Shown: piece after piece, positions 1 to 11,069 of the stretch | How the letters are laid out: every line of letters begins with the position of its first letter | Numbering within the stretch: the first letter of the stretch is position 1 | Assembly: GCA_964464605.1 (NCBI GenBank) | Contig: CAYXJN010000005.1 | Location: 248,001 to 312,000, forward strand | DNA from: an uncultured Ignavibacteriales bacterium | GTDB lineage: Bacteria > Zixibacteria > MSB-5A5 > GN15 > FEB-12 | Direction of reading: 5' to 3' | DNA length: 64,000 nt | Position numbers and translations under genes: made by a program | Notes under the pieces: generated by a model | The model's database searches: none | Told to the model about the DNA's origin: nothing | Seen by the model: only the letters and a program-made list of their open reading frames with translations

Positions 1-1369
1 CAGTACGGAACGCGGAAGCCGCAGACGCCGTATCACCTCCGGCCATCATCAGATAGCTGCCCAGTGATATCCAGTTCTTCGTCGCACCCGGCTGAATATC
101 AGTGAGCGTACGCTGCAATGTGACCGCATCCTCATAGTTACCGCTGGAAAATTCAGCCTGTCTCAGTAAATCGACTGCTTTAACAGAATCCTGTTTATTT
201 GCGGCAAGTTTCAGTGTCGCCTGCGCAAGTTTGGTCATGCGCCGGTAATCGAACATCACTTCCGCGATATCCGCTGCTGCTGAAAGCTCTTGCCGGGTAA
301 ACGTGGTGGTGTCGATCCACTGGTGCCACTCTTCTTCCAAATCGGCGATTTTTGTACCAAGCACCGTTTCGGTTTTTTCACGCAGGGTGAGATCATCCGC
401 CAACTGGTAGAGCAGTTCCACTTTTTTCATGCCGTATTTGCGCATAAGAAAATCACAGAATGCGGCAACGCCGCGGTCTGCCGCGTACGGTTCCGCGCGT
501 AAATAGCTGGCGGTATTCAACAGCGTATCGAGTTTTGGTAATGTGCCAGATGTGCGCAGTTCTTTTGTATCAAACAGCGCCAACGAGTAAAAACTCGCAA
601 GGCCGTCAACCAGCGGCGCGGGAGCGTATCCCCAACTGCGCAATAACGCAGTGTGGATAATTGGAAACGGATCTGCGGCGTTGAAATCACGCGTGAATAT
701 CACATGCGCAGTGCTGCGCAAGGGGTTGGTCGATAACCCGAATCGGTTATCCCATATGGCATTGCGCACTTCGCAGGGGGAAAGAAAGAAATGGTATTTG
801 CCGGGAAGGGTGAATCCGAAAATTTTCTTGGCGCGATCATACGTAGTTTCCACTAATCCTTTGACACCCGGTAAAAAGAAATCCCCGATTGTACCCGGTA
901 CATAGTAGATATCCAGATTCGCCGACGGCGTAATCGAAAAGGCCGATTCACGCAGTGAGCACTCCGAAGTATCACTGACAACCGGATACAGCGGAATGAT
1001 ATCGAGGCGATAAAACACGCCGGGTTTGACTTCGATATCGGCCATCCGTGCCGGCAATCCATACTCGACATGAAACTGCCGCGCGCGGGTTGAGTTTAAC
1101 GGGCCAAGTGTTGCGATAGTCGTTGAAAATGTGGCCGCAGCCGTGTCGGCTGCAGTCAATTCAATTTCTGTGGAAAATGCGGTAAGAAAGGCGGAAGCGC
1201 GGATACCGGTATAGAAAAGAACTGTATCCCGAAACAACGGTACATCGGCATTGGTCTGTTTGTCTTTTTGGAAAACAACCAATTCGCATGCCGCGCTGTT
1301 AAGCGTTTGTCCCTGTGCCGAAAAGGCCGCCAACAGGATAAAAATGAGGGATAACCAATACCGATTCAT
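1..1369 (-). CDS. Exported protein with TPR-like C-terminal region (partial, runs off window start)
   Basis: Not in the ORF track. Manual translation from ATG 1369 gives MNRYWLSLIFILLAAFSAQGQTLNS..., a signal peptide. The segments I read are open, and helical TPR-like segments (AEFSSGNYEDAVTLQ, NWISLGSYLM) lie near position 1. Confidence 0.7.
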   Translation of the reverse strand, partial: MNRYWLSLIFILLAAFSAQGQTLNSAACELVVFQKDKQTNADVPLFRDTVLFYTGIRASAFLTAFSTEIELTAADTAAATFSTTIATLGPLNSTRARQFHVEYGLPARMADIEVKPGVFYRLDIIPLYPVVSDTSECSLRESAFSITPSANLDIYYVPGTIGDFFLPGVKGLVETTYDRAKKIFGFTLPGKYHFFLSPCEVRNAIWDNRFGLSTNPLRSTAHVIFTRDFNAADPFPIIHTALLRSWGYAPAPLVDGLASFYSLALFDTKELRTSGTLPKLDTLLNTASYLRAEPYAADRGVAAFCDFLMRKYGMKKVELLYQLADDLTLREKTETVLGTKIADLEEEWHQWIDTTTFTRQELSAAADIAEVMFDYRRMTKLAQATLKLAANKQDSVKAVDLLRQAEFSSGNYEDAVTLQRTLTDIQPGATKNWISLGSYLMMAGGDTASAASAFRT

Positions 1370-1421
1370 GTGCTGTGTATTATACGCCGTGACCGGCGGG
1401 TGGTTGAAAAATCTCTTATAC

Positions 1422-2156
1422 TCAGGCGGATACGAGCTCATTTACTAAGCGGCCGTCACGCAGTACCGGTAAAACCGGCATCGAATCGACCATTGCCGCG
1501 ACTTCGACATCCTTTTCAAAGCCGATTGAGGTCAAAAAGCGGCCATGTTCACCTTGTTCTATAGACTGTTGGATCGCCGTTTTGTTTGTTCGATATAAAA
1601 GCAGAGCCAACGAGCTGGCATCGTTCATCTGCAGTTTCACCTTGTGGGTAGTGGCTAATAGATGAACCAGCATTCCGCCGCAAATCGTGTCCTCGATTGA
1701 AAACCCGCCATCTTTGCCGGCACAGACGATAACGATGTCTTTGTCCTCGGCGGCTGCCCGTTCGGCGACAGTCGAAATATTGGTGAGGGCAGTAGCAATA
1801 ATCAGCCCGCCGCTGCTGGCTTGGGAAAAAATCGGTGTTCCGTTGGTGGTGGTCATTACCACCAGTTTACCGCCGACAGATTCTTCGGTGTACTCAAGCG
1901 GGGAATTGCCGATCTGAAAGTTTTCGATTTTGACACCATCCCGTTCGCCGGCCAACACCGCCATATCGCTGCCGATTTTTTGCCACATTTCGACCGCTTC
2001 TCCGGGGCCTTCGGTCGGAATCACACCACGGGCGGAAGCCATCAATGCGGCACAGACCGAAGTTGTCGCACGAAGCACATCAATAACGGCAACAGTTTTC
2101 TGCTCTAAAATAGCTTTACTGAATGGTATAGGCGTTAAATAAAGATCTATTTTCAT
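1422..2156 (-). CDS. comB: 2-phosphosulfolactate phosphatase (ComB family)
   Basis: VIDVLRATT, GER, GNSP, TTTNGT and SIED motifs. Confidence 0.9.
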   Translation of the reverse strand: MKIDLYLTPIPFSKAILEQKTVAVIDVLRATTSVCAALMASARGVIPTEGPGEAVEMWQKIGSDMAVLAGERDGVKIENFQIGNSPLEYTEESVGGKLVVMTTTNGTPIFSQASSGGLIIATALTNISTVAERAAAEDKDIVIVCAGKDGGFSIEDTICGGMLVHLLATTHKVKLQMNDASSLALLLYRTNKTAIQQSIEQGEHGRFLTSIGFEKDVEVAAMVDSMPVLPVLRDGRLVNELVSA

Positions 2157-2165
2157 AGGTTCTGC

Positions 2166-3290
2166 TTATTTATGCGATGCCTCTTTATAAAACGGCGGCG
2201 CAACAACCGTTGCCGCTAACCGTTTCCCCCGTATATCTATTTCCACAGTACTGCCTTGTTTGGTGTGGGCAAGCGCAACATAACCGAGTGCAATCGGCTT
2301 TTGCAAGGAGGGGGAGAATGTTCCTGAAGTTACTTCGCCGATCTGTGCAGTACCTGAAAAAATCGGAAAGCCGTGGCGTGGAATTCCTTTGTCCGCAAGT
2401 TCCAGACAAACTAATCGCCGTGTCGGTTTTTCCAGTTTGTGGCGGAGAATCGTTTCTTTACCGATAAACTCCTTTTCAAAATCGACAATCCAGCTCAATC
2501 CGGCTTCGACCGGACTGGTGGTGTCGTCGATATCGTTTCCATACAACGCCATTTTCATTTCCAGGCGAAGGGTATCCCGCGCGCCGAGGCCAATACACTG
2601 CATGTCATATTTGGCGCCTGCTTTCGTGACAGCTTCCCATAACCGGTTGCCATGTTCATTCGGAATATAAATTTCGAATCCATCCTCGCCGGTGTATCCG
2701 GTGCGGGAAAAGAGCATCTTAATTCCGGCGACTTCAGTAACGGTGCAGGTGTAGTAGCCCATTTCATCCAGATCATGCGAAGTCAGTTCTGCCATGACTT
2801 TCTGTGCGTTCGGTCCCTGAATCGCCAACAGCCCGAATTCGTCGGAACGGTTGACTAATTTGACATCACCTTTGATTTGCGAGGAGAGCCAGTCGAAATC
2901 TTTTTTGATGTTTGAGGCATTCACGACCAGGAAATACCGGTCAGCCAGGCGGTAGACGAGCAGGTCATCGACAATCCCACCCTTCGGGTTCGGCATACAG
3001 CTGTATTGAATTTTCCCGACTGCGAGCGCCGCCACATTGTTGCTGGTAGTGCGCTGCAAAAAGGCCAATGCATCGGCACCGGTAACTTCAAATTCCCCCA
3101 TATGCGACAGGTCGAAAAGGCCGACATTTTGCCTGACTGCCTGATGTTCCGCCACGATACCGGTGTATTGTACCGGCATGTAAAACCCGGCAAAATCGAC
3201 CATTTTTGCGCCAAGCCGGATATGAAAATCGGTAAACGGCGTAGTCAAAAGGCCTGCGGGGATGGCGGTCGTTTCGGTGTCCTGAATCAT
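2166..3290 (-). CDS. gcvT: Glycine cleavage system aminomethyltransferase T
   Basis: FDLSHMG, RTGYTGEDGFE and GLGARDTLRLE motifs. Confidence 0.97.
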   Translation of the reverse strand: MIQDTETTAIPAGLLTTPFTDFHIRLGAKMVDFAGFYMPVQYTGIVAEHQAVRQNVGLFDLSHMGEFEVTGADALAFLQRTTSNNVAALAVGKIQYSCMPNPKGGIVDDLLVYRLADRYFLVVNASNIKKDFDWLSSQIKGDVKLVNRSDEFGLLAIQGPNAQKVMAELTSHDLDEMGYYTCTVTEVAGIKMLFSRTGYTGEDGFEIYIPNEHGNRLWEAVTKAGAKYDMQCIGLGARDTLRLEMKMALYGNDIDDTTSPVEAGLSWIVDFEKEFIGKETILRHKLEKPTRRLVCLELADKGIPRHGFPIFSGTAQIGEVTSGTFSPSLQKPIALGYVALAHTKQGSTVEIDIRGKRLAATVVAPPFYKEASHK

Positions 3291-3402
3291 TGCAATTTTT
3301 TCCTATTTTGAGGGCGTACATACGGAAACAAACAGGGGAAAGTCAATACCGGATTATAGCAGGTTTAGAAGCAGGAGTCAGGCGAATTTTGAAAACGGAA
3401 TT

Positions 3403-4398
3403 TCAGAGTTCCAGTGTGCGTCCGTGCCCGGTTTGGGCATACAGATTCCAGCTTGAACGGGGAGTGCCGAAAAGGGTGGTGGTTGAAAGTTCGCCGACTT
3501 TTTTAAATCCCAACAGATGAATCGCCGCACCGAGCATCTTTTCATTTTTGTCGTGGACAATCGCATACTGTTTTTTGAATCCAAGCGTGTGTGATTCACG
3601 AACTGCGTGAGCCAAAAGCGACATGCCGACTCCTTTTCCGTGGAAATCAGGATGTTCGTTCAGATCCAGGCCGTAACAGACCCCCGGTTTGACCGTAACG
3701 GTCAGCCCCATCGTTTTTTCAGTATCGCCTGATTTAGATAACCAGTCGATTCCGACGGCACGATCATTGTGGAAAGCAATAAAGCCGGTAAAGCCATTGC
3801 GTAAACGTTCCAGGTATAAATGCCGTTTTTCTTCCTGTTCGCTCGGCCTCCAGATGGCTGTTACTGCGTCAAGATCATCCGGTGTTCCCGTGCGGATTTC
3901 AAGCGGAATAGCAGGTTGATAGCAGGGTACTGCTTGTGAAGTCAGATCAAACGAGATTATATAAAACGAATGGCTGCTGATTACTGTACGAAGCAGCCGT
4001 TTCGGCAGCCGTTGCACGACAGGGAAAAACCCGCGGACATAGCCATCTTCTCTCACAATCTGACGAATCGACCGTTCCGGCTTGCGCTGCCCGTGACCGT
4101 TGCCGTTGTGAGGAATTACAGCGACCTGTTGGTGAGCCGTTACCAGTTCAGCCAGATGCGAAATCGTAATTTTGGCTGGATCAGTCCACAGGGTGTCGGG
4201 AAACTCAATACGGAATTGGTTTTCAAGAGCGGTGATAAACTGTAAAAGCGCCAATGAATCAAGCCCCAATCCAAGTGAACCGACCGGCTGATGCGGATCG
4301 ACGGTACGCGAACTGTCGGAAAGCACACGCTCACGTAGCAACTGCGTAATCTCGTGTATAGTTGTTGTCTGCTTGTGGTCGTTCGTACTGGTTGTCAC
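3403..4398 (-). CDS. Acyl carrier protein - GNAT acyltransferase fusion
   Basis: N-terminal ACP with GLDSL phosphopantetheine Ser motif; C-terminal GNAT motif A (HPDFHGKGVG) and downstream N..M..LGF. Confidence 0.8.
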   Translation of the reverse strand: MTTSTNDHKQTTTIHEITQLLRERVLSDSSRTVDPHQPVGSLGLGLDSLALLQFITALENQFRIEFPDTLWTDPAKITISHLAELVTAHQQVAVIPHNGNGHGQRKPERSIRQIVREDGYVRGFFPVVQRLPKRLLRTVISSHSFYIISFDLTSQAVPCYQPAIPLEIRTGTPDDLDAVTAIWRPSEQEEKRHLYLERLRNGFTGFIAFHNDRAVGIDWLSKSGDTEKTMGLTVTVKPGVCYGLDLNEHPDFHGKGVGMSLLAHAVRESHTLGFKKQYAIVHDKNEKMLGAAIHLLGFKKVGELSTTTLFGTPRSSWNLYAQTGHGRTLEL

Positions 4399-4400
4399 GG

Positions 4401-5849
4401 TTATAACCGCACCTTTCCTGTTGCGGTAGTAGGAAACTCGCTCATAATATCAATACGCCGCGGGACTTTATACTCAGACAGATGCTGCTGGCAGTGAGCA
4501 AGCAACTCCGCTTCGTTTGTATCGCTGCGCAGTTTGACGGCGGCATAGACAAAAGATTCACCGGATGAATCATTGCGACCGGTAACTGCCGCTTCCGATA
4601 CGGCAGGATGGTTTTCCAATACCCAGCTCACTTCAACCGGCGATACTTTAAATCCACCGACGTTGATAATCTGATCGATGCGTCCGCTGACAAACAGAAA
4701 TCCATCAGCATCGACATAGCCAAGATCTCCCGTTCTGAATTCGCCATTATTCAGCGGGCTGTTTTGCGGTGTCCCCATCAGATAACCCGGTGATACGGCT
4801 TTACCGGATACGATTACTTCTTTTGCTTCTTCAGTGATACGCACCGAAACGTGCGGCATCAGTTTGCCGACTGAATCAGGTTTCTGCCGTACACTGCACG
4901 GGAGATGTGTGCTGACTGCTCCGGTTTCGGAACTGCCGTAGTGTTGGCAAATTGGAACACCGAACCGTTCATGAAATTGTTCGATTACCATCGGTGAAAG
5001 CGGCGCGGTACAGGAAAGCATGTACCGGATAGTTTTCAACGACGGCGTTTCAGCCATCCGGGTTTCACACCAGGCGCGGTACATACTCGGCACACCCAAA
5101 AAGAGTGTGATACTATTTTGATCGATTGCTTTCATGGTCGAACGTGGAATAAACATGTCGTTGATAAACAGAGTTGCGCCACTTCCTAACGATGCTAACA
5201 CTCCCAAATCAAAACCGTACGAATGGCATAGCGGCGTTGTAACCAATATACGGTCGACTTCGGTTACGGCAAGTCCTTCGACAATTCCTTCAGCTTCAGC
5301 GATGATATTTTCTACCGTCAGTCCGATTCCTTTTGGGATACCGGTCGTGCCGGATGAAAACTTAACAACAGCCAGATTCTGAATGTCAGTTAGTGGTGCT
5401 GCTTTCGTTGTAATTGGAATAAGAGAGAGTGAATCGGTTAATTTCATTTGTGCTGATTGAACGACCACCCAATCGTTTGCCGTTTCATTTTTGGTAACGA
5501 TGAATTTGCAGGGGAGATGTTGTCTGATAACATCGCGCTCATGGCTGCCGAACTTTGGTGAAATCAATGCCGCAGCCGCGCCGATTTTCCAGAGCGCGAG
5601 CAGGGAAAAAACAAAATCGGGAGTATTGGGCAGGGAAATACAGACAATATCACCGGCACGCACACCGCTTTTTTCGAGTGTTGCGGCGAGTTTGTCGGCT
5701 GATACAAATAACTCAGCAAACGTTAACGCAGCCTGCGGATGCGAAAGCGCAAGTTGGTTACGACGCGTGTTAGCGCGTTGATAAAAATAGTCGTATAACG
5801 CTGTCAGTTCGACTCCCATTCCCAAGTAGTCGAACTGAATATACGACAA
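4401..5849 (-). CDS. Class I adenylate-forming enzyme (acyl-CoA/acyl-ACP ligase)
   Basis: SSGTTGIPKG, YGSSE, FRTGD, GRIDQIINVGG and TATGK motifs; alternative ATG start at 5819. Confidence 0.9.
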   Translation of the reverse strand: MSYIQFDYLGMGVELTALYDYFYQRANTRRNQLALSHPQAALTFAELFVSADKLAATLEKSGVRAGDIVCISLPNTPDFVFSLLALWKIGAAAALISPKFGSHERDVIRQHLPCKFIVTKNETANDWVVVQSAQMKLTDSLSLIPITTKAAPLTDIQNLAVVKFSSGTTGIPKGIGLTVENIIAEAEGIVEGLAVTEVDRILVTTPLCHSYGFDLGVLASLGSGATLFINDMFIPRSTMKAIDQNSITLFLGVPSMYRAWCETRMAETPSLKTIRYMLSCTAPLSPMVIEQFHERFGVPICQHYGSSETGAVSTHLPCSVRQKPDSVGKLMPHVSVRITEEAKEVIVSGKAVSPGYLMGTPQNSPLNNGEFRTGDLGYVDADGFLFVSGRIDQIINVGGFKVSPVEVSWVLENHPAVSEAAVTGRNDSSGESFVYAAVKLRSDTNEAELLAHCQQHLSEYKVPRRIDIMSEFPTTATGKVRL

Positions 5850-5863
5850 TATTTGTCAGAGCG

Positions 5864-8536
5864 CTATTGCAACATCTGCCGTAAAACCATCTGCAGAATG
5901 CCGCCGTGACGGTAATACTCGATTTCGACCGGAATATCGATACGGCAAAGCGTTTCAAAGCGCTTCGATCCGTTCGGTGAAACGGCCGAAACAGTTATCC
6001 TTTGACGTGCTTTGAGATTGTTGGAGAGTCCTTCGATGGTAAAAATTTCCTGTCCGGTCAGACCGAGCGTTTCCCGGTTTTCACCCGGTAAAAACTGCAA
6101 CGGCAAAACACCCATGCCAACAAGATTGGAACGATGAATTCGTTCATAGCTTTCGGCGATAACCGCTTTCACGCCTAAAAGCAATGTTCCTTTGGCTGCC
6201 CAGTCGCGTGAGGAACCCATGCCGTAATCTTTTCCGGCGATAACGATAAGCGGAACCTGATCCGCTTTGTATTTGACCGAGGCCTCATACACCGACATCT
6301 GCTGATTGCTCGGCAAGTGAATCGTCACGCCCCCTTCAGTGCCGGGTGCAAGCAGATTGCGCAGGCGGATATTGGCGAACGTTCCGCGGGTCATTACACG
6401 GTCATTACCGCGCCGTGAACCGTAGGAATTGAAATCCGCGAAAGTAACGCCCTCTTCCTGCAGATATTTTCCGGCGGGGGAATCTTTTTTGATTGCACCG
6501 GCCGGAGAGATGTGGTCAGTGGTAATTGAATCTCCAACCATCATCAGCACACGCGCATTGTTAATTGGTGTTATGTCGCTTGGTGCGGCAGGCATGTCGA
6601 TAAAGAAAGGGGGCTCCTGAATGTACGTGGAGCGGCCATCCCATGAGTAGTAATCCCCTTCGGATGAATGAATCTTGTTCCACTCCGGATTGCCGTCGAA
6701 CACTGAGCCGTATTGTTTGCGGAACATCTCAGCGGAAATAGTCGCTTTGATGGTATCCAAAATCTCTTTTTGCGTTGGCCAGATATCTTTCAGGAAAATC
6801 TGTTTACCCGAATCGGAAACACCAATCGGTTCACGAACCAAATCGATATCCGTCGTTCCCGCCAAAGCGTATGCTACTACCAAGGGTGGAGAGGCGAGAT
6901 AGTTCGCTTTGGTAAGTTGGTTGATACGTCCTTCGAAGTTTCGGTTGCCTGACAACACCGCCGACACCACCAAATCCCCTTCGGTGATCGCTTTGGTTAC
7001 TTCATCGGTCAATGGGCCGGAGTTACCGATACAGGTGGTGCATCCATACCCGACGTTATAAAATCCGAGCTTTTGCAAATACGGCATCAGCTTCGCTTTT
7101 TCTAAATAGTCGATAACGACACGAGAGCCGGGTGCAAGTGAGGTTTTCACATACGGCTGCACCGACAAACCATGCTCAACCGCCTTTTTCGCAAGCAATC
7201 CGGAGGCAACTAACACATACGGATCAGAGGTGTTCGTACATGAGGTAATGGCGGCAATTACCACTGCGCCATGACGAATTTCCGCTTTATATCCACTATC
7301 AATCGTCGCGCGATTGTTCAACTGCTCGTTCGTGAGTGCATAACCGCGATCTTTTACCGGGCGGGTTAATGAACTTTCGAATTCCTGTTTCATGCGGGAG
7401 AGTGATACCCGGTCTTGTGGTCGTTTCGGACCGGCAAGGGAGGGTTCAACGGTTGAGATATCGAGTTCCAGTACATCGCTGAATTCCGGATCGCCGGCGT
7501 TTCGTTCGCGGAATAATCCCTGCTCTTTGGTGTAGCGTTCGACTAAATCGATTTCCGCTTCGGTGCGGCCGGTCATGCGCATGTAATCGAGAGTTATATG
7601 ATCGATCGGGAAATATCCCATCGTCGCGCCGTATTCAGGCGCCATGTTGCCGATCATCGCGCGAACAGGAAGGGTTAAATCATTTAGCGCCGGGCCGTAA
7701 TATTCGACGAACTTACCGACGACTCCTTTTTTGCGAAGCATTTCAGTAACAGTGAGCACCAAGTCAGTGCCGGTGGTTCCTTCGGAAAGTTTTCCGGTCA
7801 ACTTGAAACCGATAACTTCCGGTGTGAGCATATACAGCGGCTGGCCGAGCATAACTGCTTCGGCTTCAATTCCGCCTACACCCCAGCCGACAACACCGAG
7901 ACCGTTAATCATAACTGTGTGGCTGTCGGTGCCGACGAGCGTGTCTGGATAAGCGATGCCGTTTTTGACTAACACGCCTTTCGCGAGATATTCGAGATTA
8001 ACCTGATGGCAGATTCCCGTTGCGGGCGGTACTACGCGAAAATTGGAAAATGATTTTTGCGCCCAATGCAAAAGCTGATACCGTTCGATATTCCGTTCAA
8101 ACTCGAACTTTGCGTTGATATCAAGTGCGGAGTCGGATGCGAATGCATCCACTTGAACCGAGTGGTCGATAACCAGATCAACCTGTACGAGCGGATTGAT
8201 TTTTTTCGGATTACCGCCCATCCGCTGCATAGCTGATCGCATCGCCGCCAAATCAACGACTGCCGGAACACCGGTAAAATCCTGCAGCAGCACACGCGCA
8301 GGCATGAAGGGAAGCTCAACTTCTCCCACCTGTTTCGGATTGTACTGTGCGAGCGCGGTAACATCCGATTCTTTGATTACGCGGCCATCAACATTGCGCA
8401 GAAGGGCCTCTAAAATCACTTTGATCGAATAGGGAAGTTTGTCCAGTTTGCCGACTGAGGACAAACTGTCGAGGCGATAGATGCTATAACTGCCATGCCC
8501 GGTTTTTAATTCTGCGCGAGCATTAAACGGATTCAT
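5864..8536 (-). CDS. acnA: Aconitate hydratase A
   Basis: [39 protein letters not shown] and [10 protein letters not shown] motifs; 890 aa. Confidence 0.97.
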   Translation of the reverse strand: MNPFNARAELKTGHGSYSIYRLDSLSSVGKLDKLPYSIKVILEALLRNVDGRVIKESDVTALAQYNPKQVGEVELPFMPARVLLQDFTGVPAVVDLAAMRSAMQRMGGNPKKINPLVQVDLVIDHSVQVDAFASDSALDINAKFEFERNIERYQLLHWAQKSFSNFRVVPPATGICHQVNLEYLAKGVLVKNGIAYPDTLVGTDSHTVMINGLGVVGWGVGGIEAEAVMLGQPLYMLTPEVIGFKLTGKLSEGTTGTDLVLTVTEMLRKKGVVGKFVEYYGPALNDLTLPVRAMIGNMAPEYGATMGYFPIDHITLDYMRMTGRTEAEIDLVERYTKEQGLFRERNAGDPEFSDVLELDISTVEPSLAGPKRPQDRVSLSRMKQEFESSLTRPVKDRGYALTNEQLNNRATIDSGYKAEIRHGAVVIAAITSCTNTSDPYVLVASGLLAKKAVEHGLSVQPYVKTSLAPGSRVVIDYLEKAKLMPYLQKLGFYNVGYGCTTCIGNSGPLTDEVTKAITEGDLVVSAVLSGNRNFEGRINQLTKANYLASPPLVVAYALAGTTDIDLVREPIGVSDSGKQIFLKDIWPTQKEILDTIKATISAEMFRKQYGSVFDGNPEWNKIHSSEGDYYSWDGRSTYIQEPPFFIDMPAAPSDITPINNARVLMMVGDSITTDHISPAGAIKKDSPAGKYLQEEGVTFADFNSYGSRRGNDRVMTRGTFANIRLRNLLAPGTEGGVTIHLPSNQQMSVYEASVKYKADQVPLIVIAGKDYGMGSSRDWAAKGTLLLGVKAVIAESYERIHRSNLVGMGVLPLQFLPGENRETLGLTGQEIFTIEGLSNNLKARQRITVSAVSPNGSKRFETLCRIDIPVEIEYYRHGGILQMVLRQMLQ

Positions 8537-8682
8537 CTCCGATTCTCCTTATATGCAATTTTTCATACGTATCTGCATCTATAGTAGATAACAAGCGCAT
8601 CCGATTCAAGGTTGTTGCGTGAAGATGAAAAGAAATTGTTATTACTATTTATGATGCTCACGAAATCATTACCAATTTGTAT

Positions 8683-9564
8683 ATGAAGATTGTATCGCGC
8701 ACTGATTCGTCGATCGTTATCGACACACCGGCGAAGTTGAATCTTTTTTTGGATGTTTTGAATCGCCGCCCCGATGGGTTTCATAACATTTATTCGTTGT
8801 TTCAAGCCGTCTCTTTGTATGATCGGCTCGAATTCACCGTTTCCTCAAAACCGGGTATCGAAATCAACCTGAGCAAATCTGTCCCGCTTTCGGTCGGGCC
8901 GGACAATCTGATTAGCCGGAGCTACGAACTGATGAAAGCCCGGTTCGGCCTGACTCATGGACTAACTGTCAGTTTGACTAAAAATATCCCGCTGGCTGCT
9001 GGGTTGGCAGGGGGGTCGGCTGATGCGGCTGCCACGATAAAAGCGATTAACGTATTGTTTAACTTAGAGTTAAGTGGTGCGGAATGCTCCGAATTGGGAT
9101 TGGAATTAGGCTCAGATATTCCGTTTTTCTTCACTTCCGGCCAGGTTTTGGTGAGTGGACGGGGGGAGATTTTTGAGCCGGTTGACTTACCGTTAAATTA
9201 CTACACTGTGCTGGTCACGCCGCCCGTTTTTTCCTCGACAAAAGAGGCGTATGAGCTTCTGGGAAGGGGCTTGACAGATTGTGAGAAAAGAAGTTATATG
9301 ACAGGCTGCCGAAAGGTTGAGCCCTTTTTTGAGTCATTACTGGAAAGGACAAACCATTTTGAGGCCCCTCTAATCCGGAAGTTCCCGGTGTTAGAGGTGA
9401 TCCGAACTGCTCTTAACAACGTTGGTGCACGGCTTGCGCGAATGAGTGGTTCGGGGCCCACTATGTTTGGTCTTTTCATTGATGATCCGAGTGAGGGATT
9501 GAGACAATCACTCAACCCGGGCCAGGGTTGGCAGGTTTTCATTGTCAGGCCTGTCCTCTTGTAG
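8683..9564 (+). CDS. ispE: 4-diphosphocytidyl-2-C-methyl-D-erythritol kinase
   Basis: PAKLNLFL, KNIPLAAGLAGGSAD, GSDIPFF and MSGSG motifs; ATG at 8683. Confidence 0.95.
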   Translation: MKIVSRTDSSIVIDTPAKLNLFLDVLNRRPDGFHNIYSLFQAVSLYDRLEFTVSSKPGIEINLSKSVPLSVGPDNLISRSYELMKARFGLTHGLTVSLTKNIPLAAGLAGGSADAAATIKAINVLFNLELSGAECSELGLELGSDIPFFFTSGQVLVSGRGEIFEPVDLPLNYYTVLVTPPVFSSTKEAYELLGRGLTDCEKRSYMTGCRKVEPFFESLLERTNHFEAPLIRKFPVLEVIRTALNNVGARLARMSGSGPTMFGLFIDDPSEGLRQSLNPGQGWQVFIVRPVLL

Positions 9565-9593
9565 TTAAAGGACAATGACCGTGCGGAGGGACC

Positions 9594-9860
9594 GTGGAGA
9601 TCACGGAAATACGAGTCACCTTGCGGGACGAGGAAAGACTCAAAGGATTCGCGAACGTGACGTTCGATCACGTCTTCGTTATTCGCGGGATGAAAATCAT
9701 CCAGGGTAACGATGGCTATTTTGTTGCGATGCCAAGCAGGAAACGTCCCGATGGCACCTATCAGGATATCGCGCACCCGGTAACTCCGGAAATGCGGCAA
9801 ACGATAGAAGAGAAAGTGCTCGCAGCTTACGAAGAAGAAGTCAAGGCAAACGCGAAATAA
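9594..9860 (+). CDS. spoVG: SpoVG family nucleic-acid-binding regulator
   Basis: MEITEIRV...FVAMPSRK...DIAHPV signature. Confidence 0.95.
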   Translation: MEITEIRVTLRDEERLKGFANVTFDHVFVIRGMKIIQGNDGYFVAMPSRKRPDGTYQDIAHPVTPEMRQTIEEKVLAAYEEEVKANAK

Positions 9861-9885
9861 CAGCGGGAGCCGGATTTACCGAACT

Positions 9886-9957
9886 TGGGGCGTCGTCAAG
9901 TGGTAAGACAGCAGCCTTTGGAGCTGCCATTCCCTGGTTCGAATCCAGGCGCCCCAG
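9886..9957 (+). tRNA. tRNA-Gln (anticodon TTG), CCA not encoded
   Basis: Acceptor stem TGGGGCG/CGCCCCA; anticodon arm GCAGC-CTTTGGA-GCTGC; T-arm GGTTCGAATCC. Confidence 0.97.
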
Positions 9958-10068
9958 CTTTGAAAGGCGCGTGACCCTTGATTGATGCCGCAGTTGATAC
10001 AGGATATGACCACGCTGCTGCCCCGCCTTTGGGGCAGTTGCTATCTTAGATAGTGAAACGGAAGAGCG

Positions 10069-11034
10069 ATGATTATTCGAGAATCAGTTAAGATCATTAC
10101 CGGAAACGCCAATCAAAAATTGGCGGCCGATATCGCGGCTTATCTCGGTAACAAGCTCACCGAATGTATCGTTACCCGTTTTTCCGACGGGGAAATCTTC
10201 GTTCAAATAAATGAAAATATCCGCGGTGCGGATCTGTTCATCGTTCAGTCGACTAATGCGCCCGCTGATAATTTGATGGAGTTGTTAATCCTCATTGAAG
10301 CGGCGCGGCGCGCTTCGGCGATGCGTATCACCGCCGTTATTCCGTACTACGGCTATGCGCGTCAGGACAGAAAAGATAAACCGCGCGTAGCGATTACCGC
10401 CAAACTCGTCGCCAATTTGATTACGACTGCCGGCGCCGATCGTGTTATCACGATGGATTTACACGCCGGACAGATTCAGGGCTTTTTTGATCTGCCGCAC
10501 GATCACTTGTATTCAGCCGGCTTGATTAATACTTACTTCCGTAAAAAGAAGCTTGAAAAACTGGCAGTTGTTTCACCGGATGTCGGTTCGATCAAACTCG
10601 CGCGAATGACGGCTAATGCCCTCGGTGCGGAGTTGGCGATTGTCGATAAACGTCGCCCGAAACCGAATGAGTCGCAGGTGATGAATCTTATCGGTGAAGT
10701 GGAAGGCCGCACCATTTTGATTCGTGATGATATGGCCGACACCGCCGGAACGCTCTGTCAGGCGGCCGAGTTTTTGAAAAAGAACGGCGCGACCGAAATC
10801 TATGCTGCCTGCACCCACGGCGTATTGTCCGGTGCGGCGCTTGAGCGAATTGAAAAGGCACCCATCAAAGAGATGATTATTACCGACTCGATCGACCAGA
10901 GTCGGCATAACCTTCCGTCAAAAGTCATTGTACTCAGTTGCGCGTCGCTTATCGGTGAAGCGATTCGCCGGATTGCCGGTGAGGAATCGGTTTCATCTTT
11001 GTTTGAAGACCAGCCAGCCGGAACCATTTTGTAA
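10069..11034 (+). CDS. prs: Ribose-phosphate pyrophosphokinase
   Basis: FSDGE, PYYGYARQDRK, DLHAGQIQGFF, SPDVG and DDMADTAGT motifs. Confidence 0.97.
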   Translation: MIIRESVKIITGNANQKLAADIAAYLGNKLTECIVTRFSDGEIFVQINENIRGADLFIVQSTNAPADNLMELLILIEAARRASAMRITAVIPYYGYARQDRKDKPRVAITAKLVANLITTAGADRVITMDLHAGQIQGFFDLPHDHLYSAGLINTYFRKKKLEKLAVVSPDVGSIKLARMTANALGAELAIVDKRRPKPNESQVMNLIGEVEGRTILIRDDMADTAGTLCQAAEFLKKNGATEIYAACTHGVLSGAALERIEKAPIKEMIITDSIDQSRHNLPSKVIVLSCASLIGEAIRRIAGEESVSSLFEDQPAGTIL

Positions 11035-11069
11035 GCTGTATATTTGAGATAGAAGGAGAATAGTTCGAG

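Noticed and set aside
1422..2156. Coenzyme M biosynthesis
   Set aside because: No comA/C/D/E in the window; ComB homologues are widespread in bacteria
9886..9957. tRNA as an island integration site
   Set aside because: No duplicated tRNA 3' end or integrase seen; the flanks are core genes
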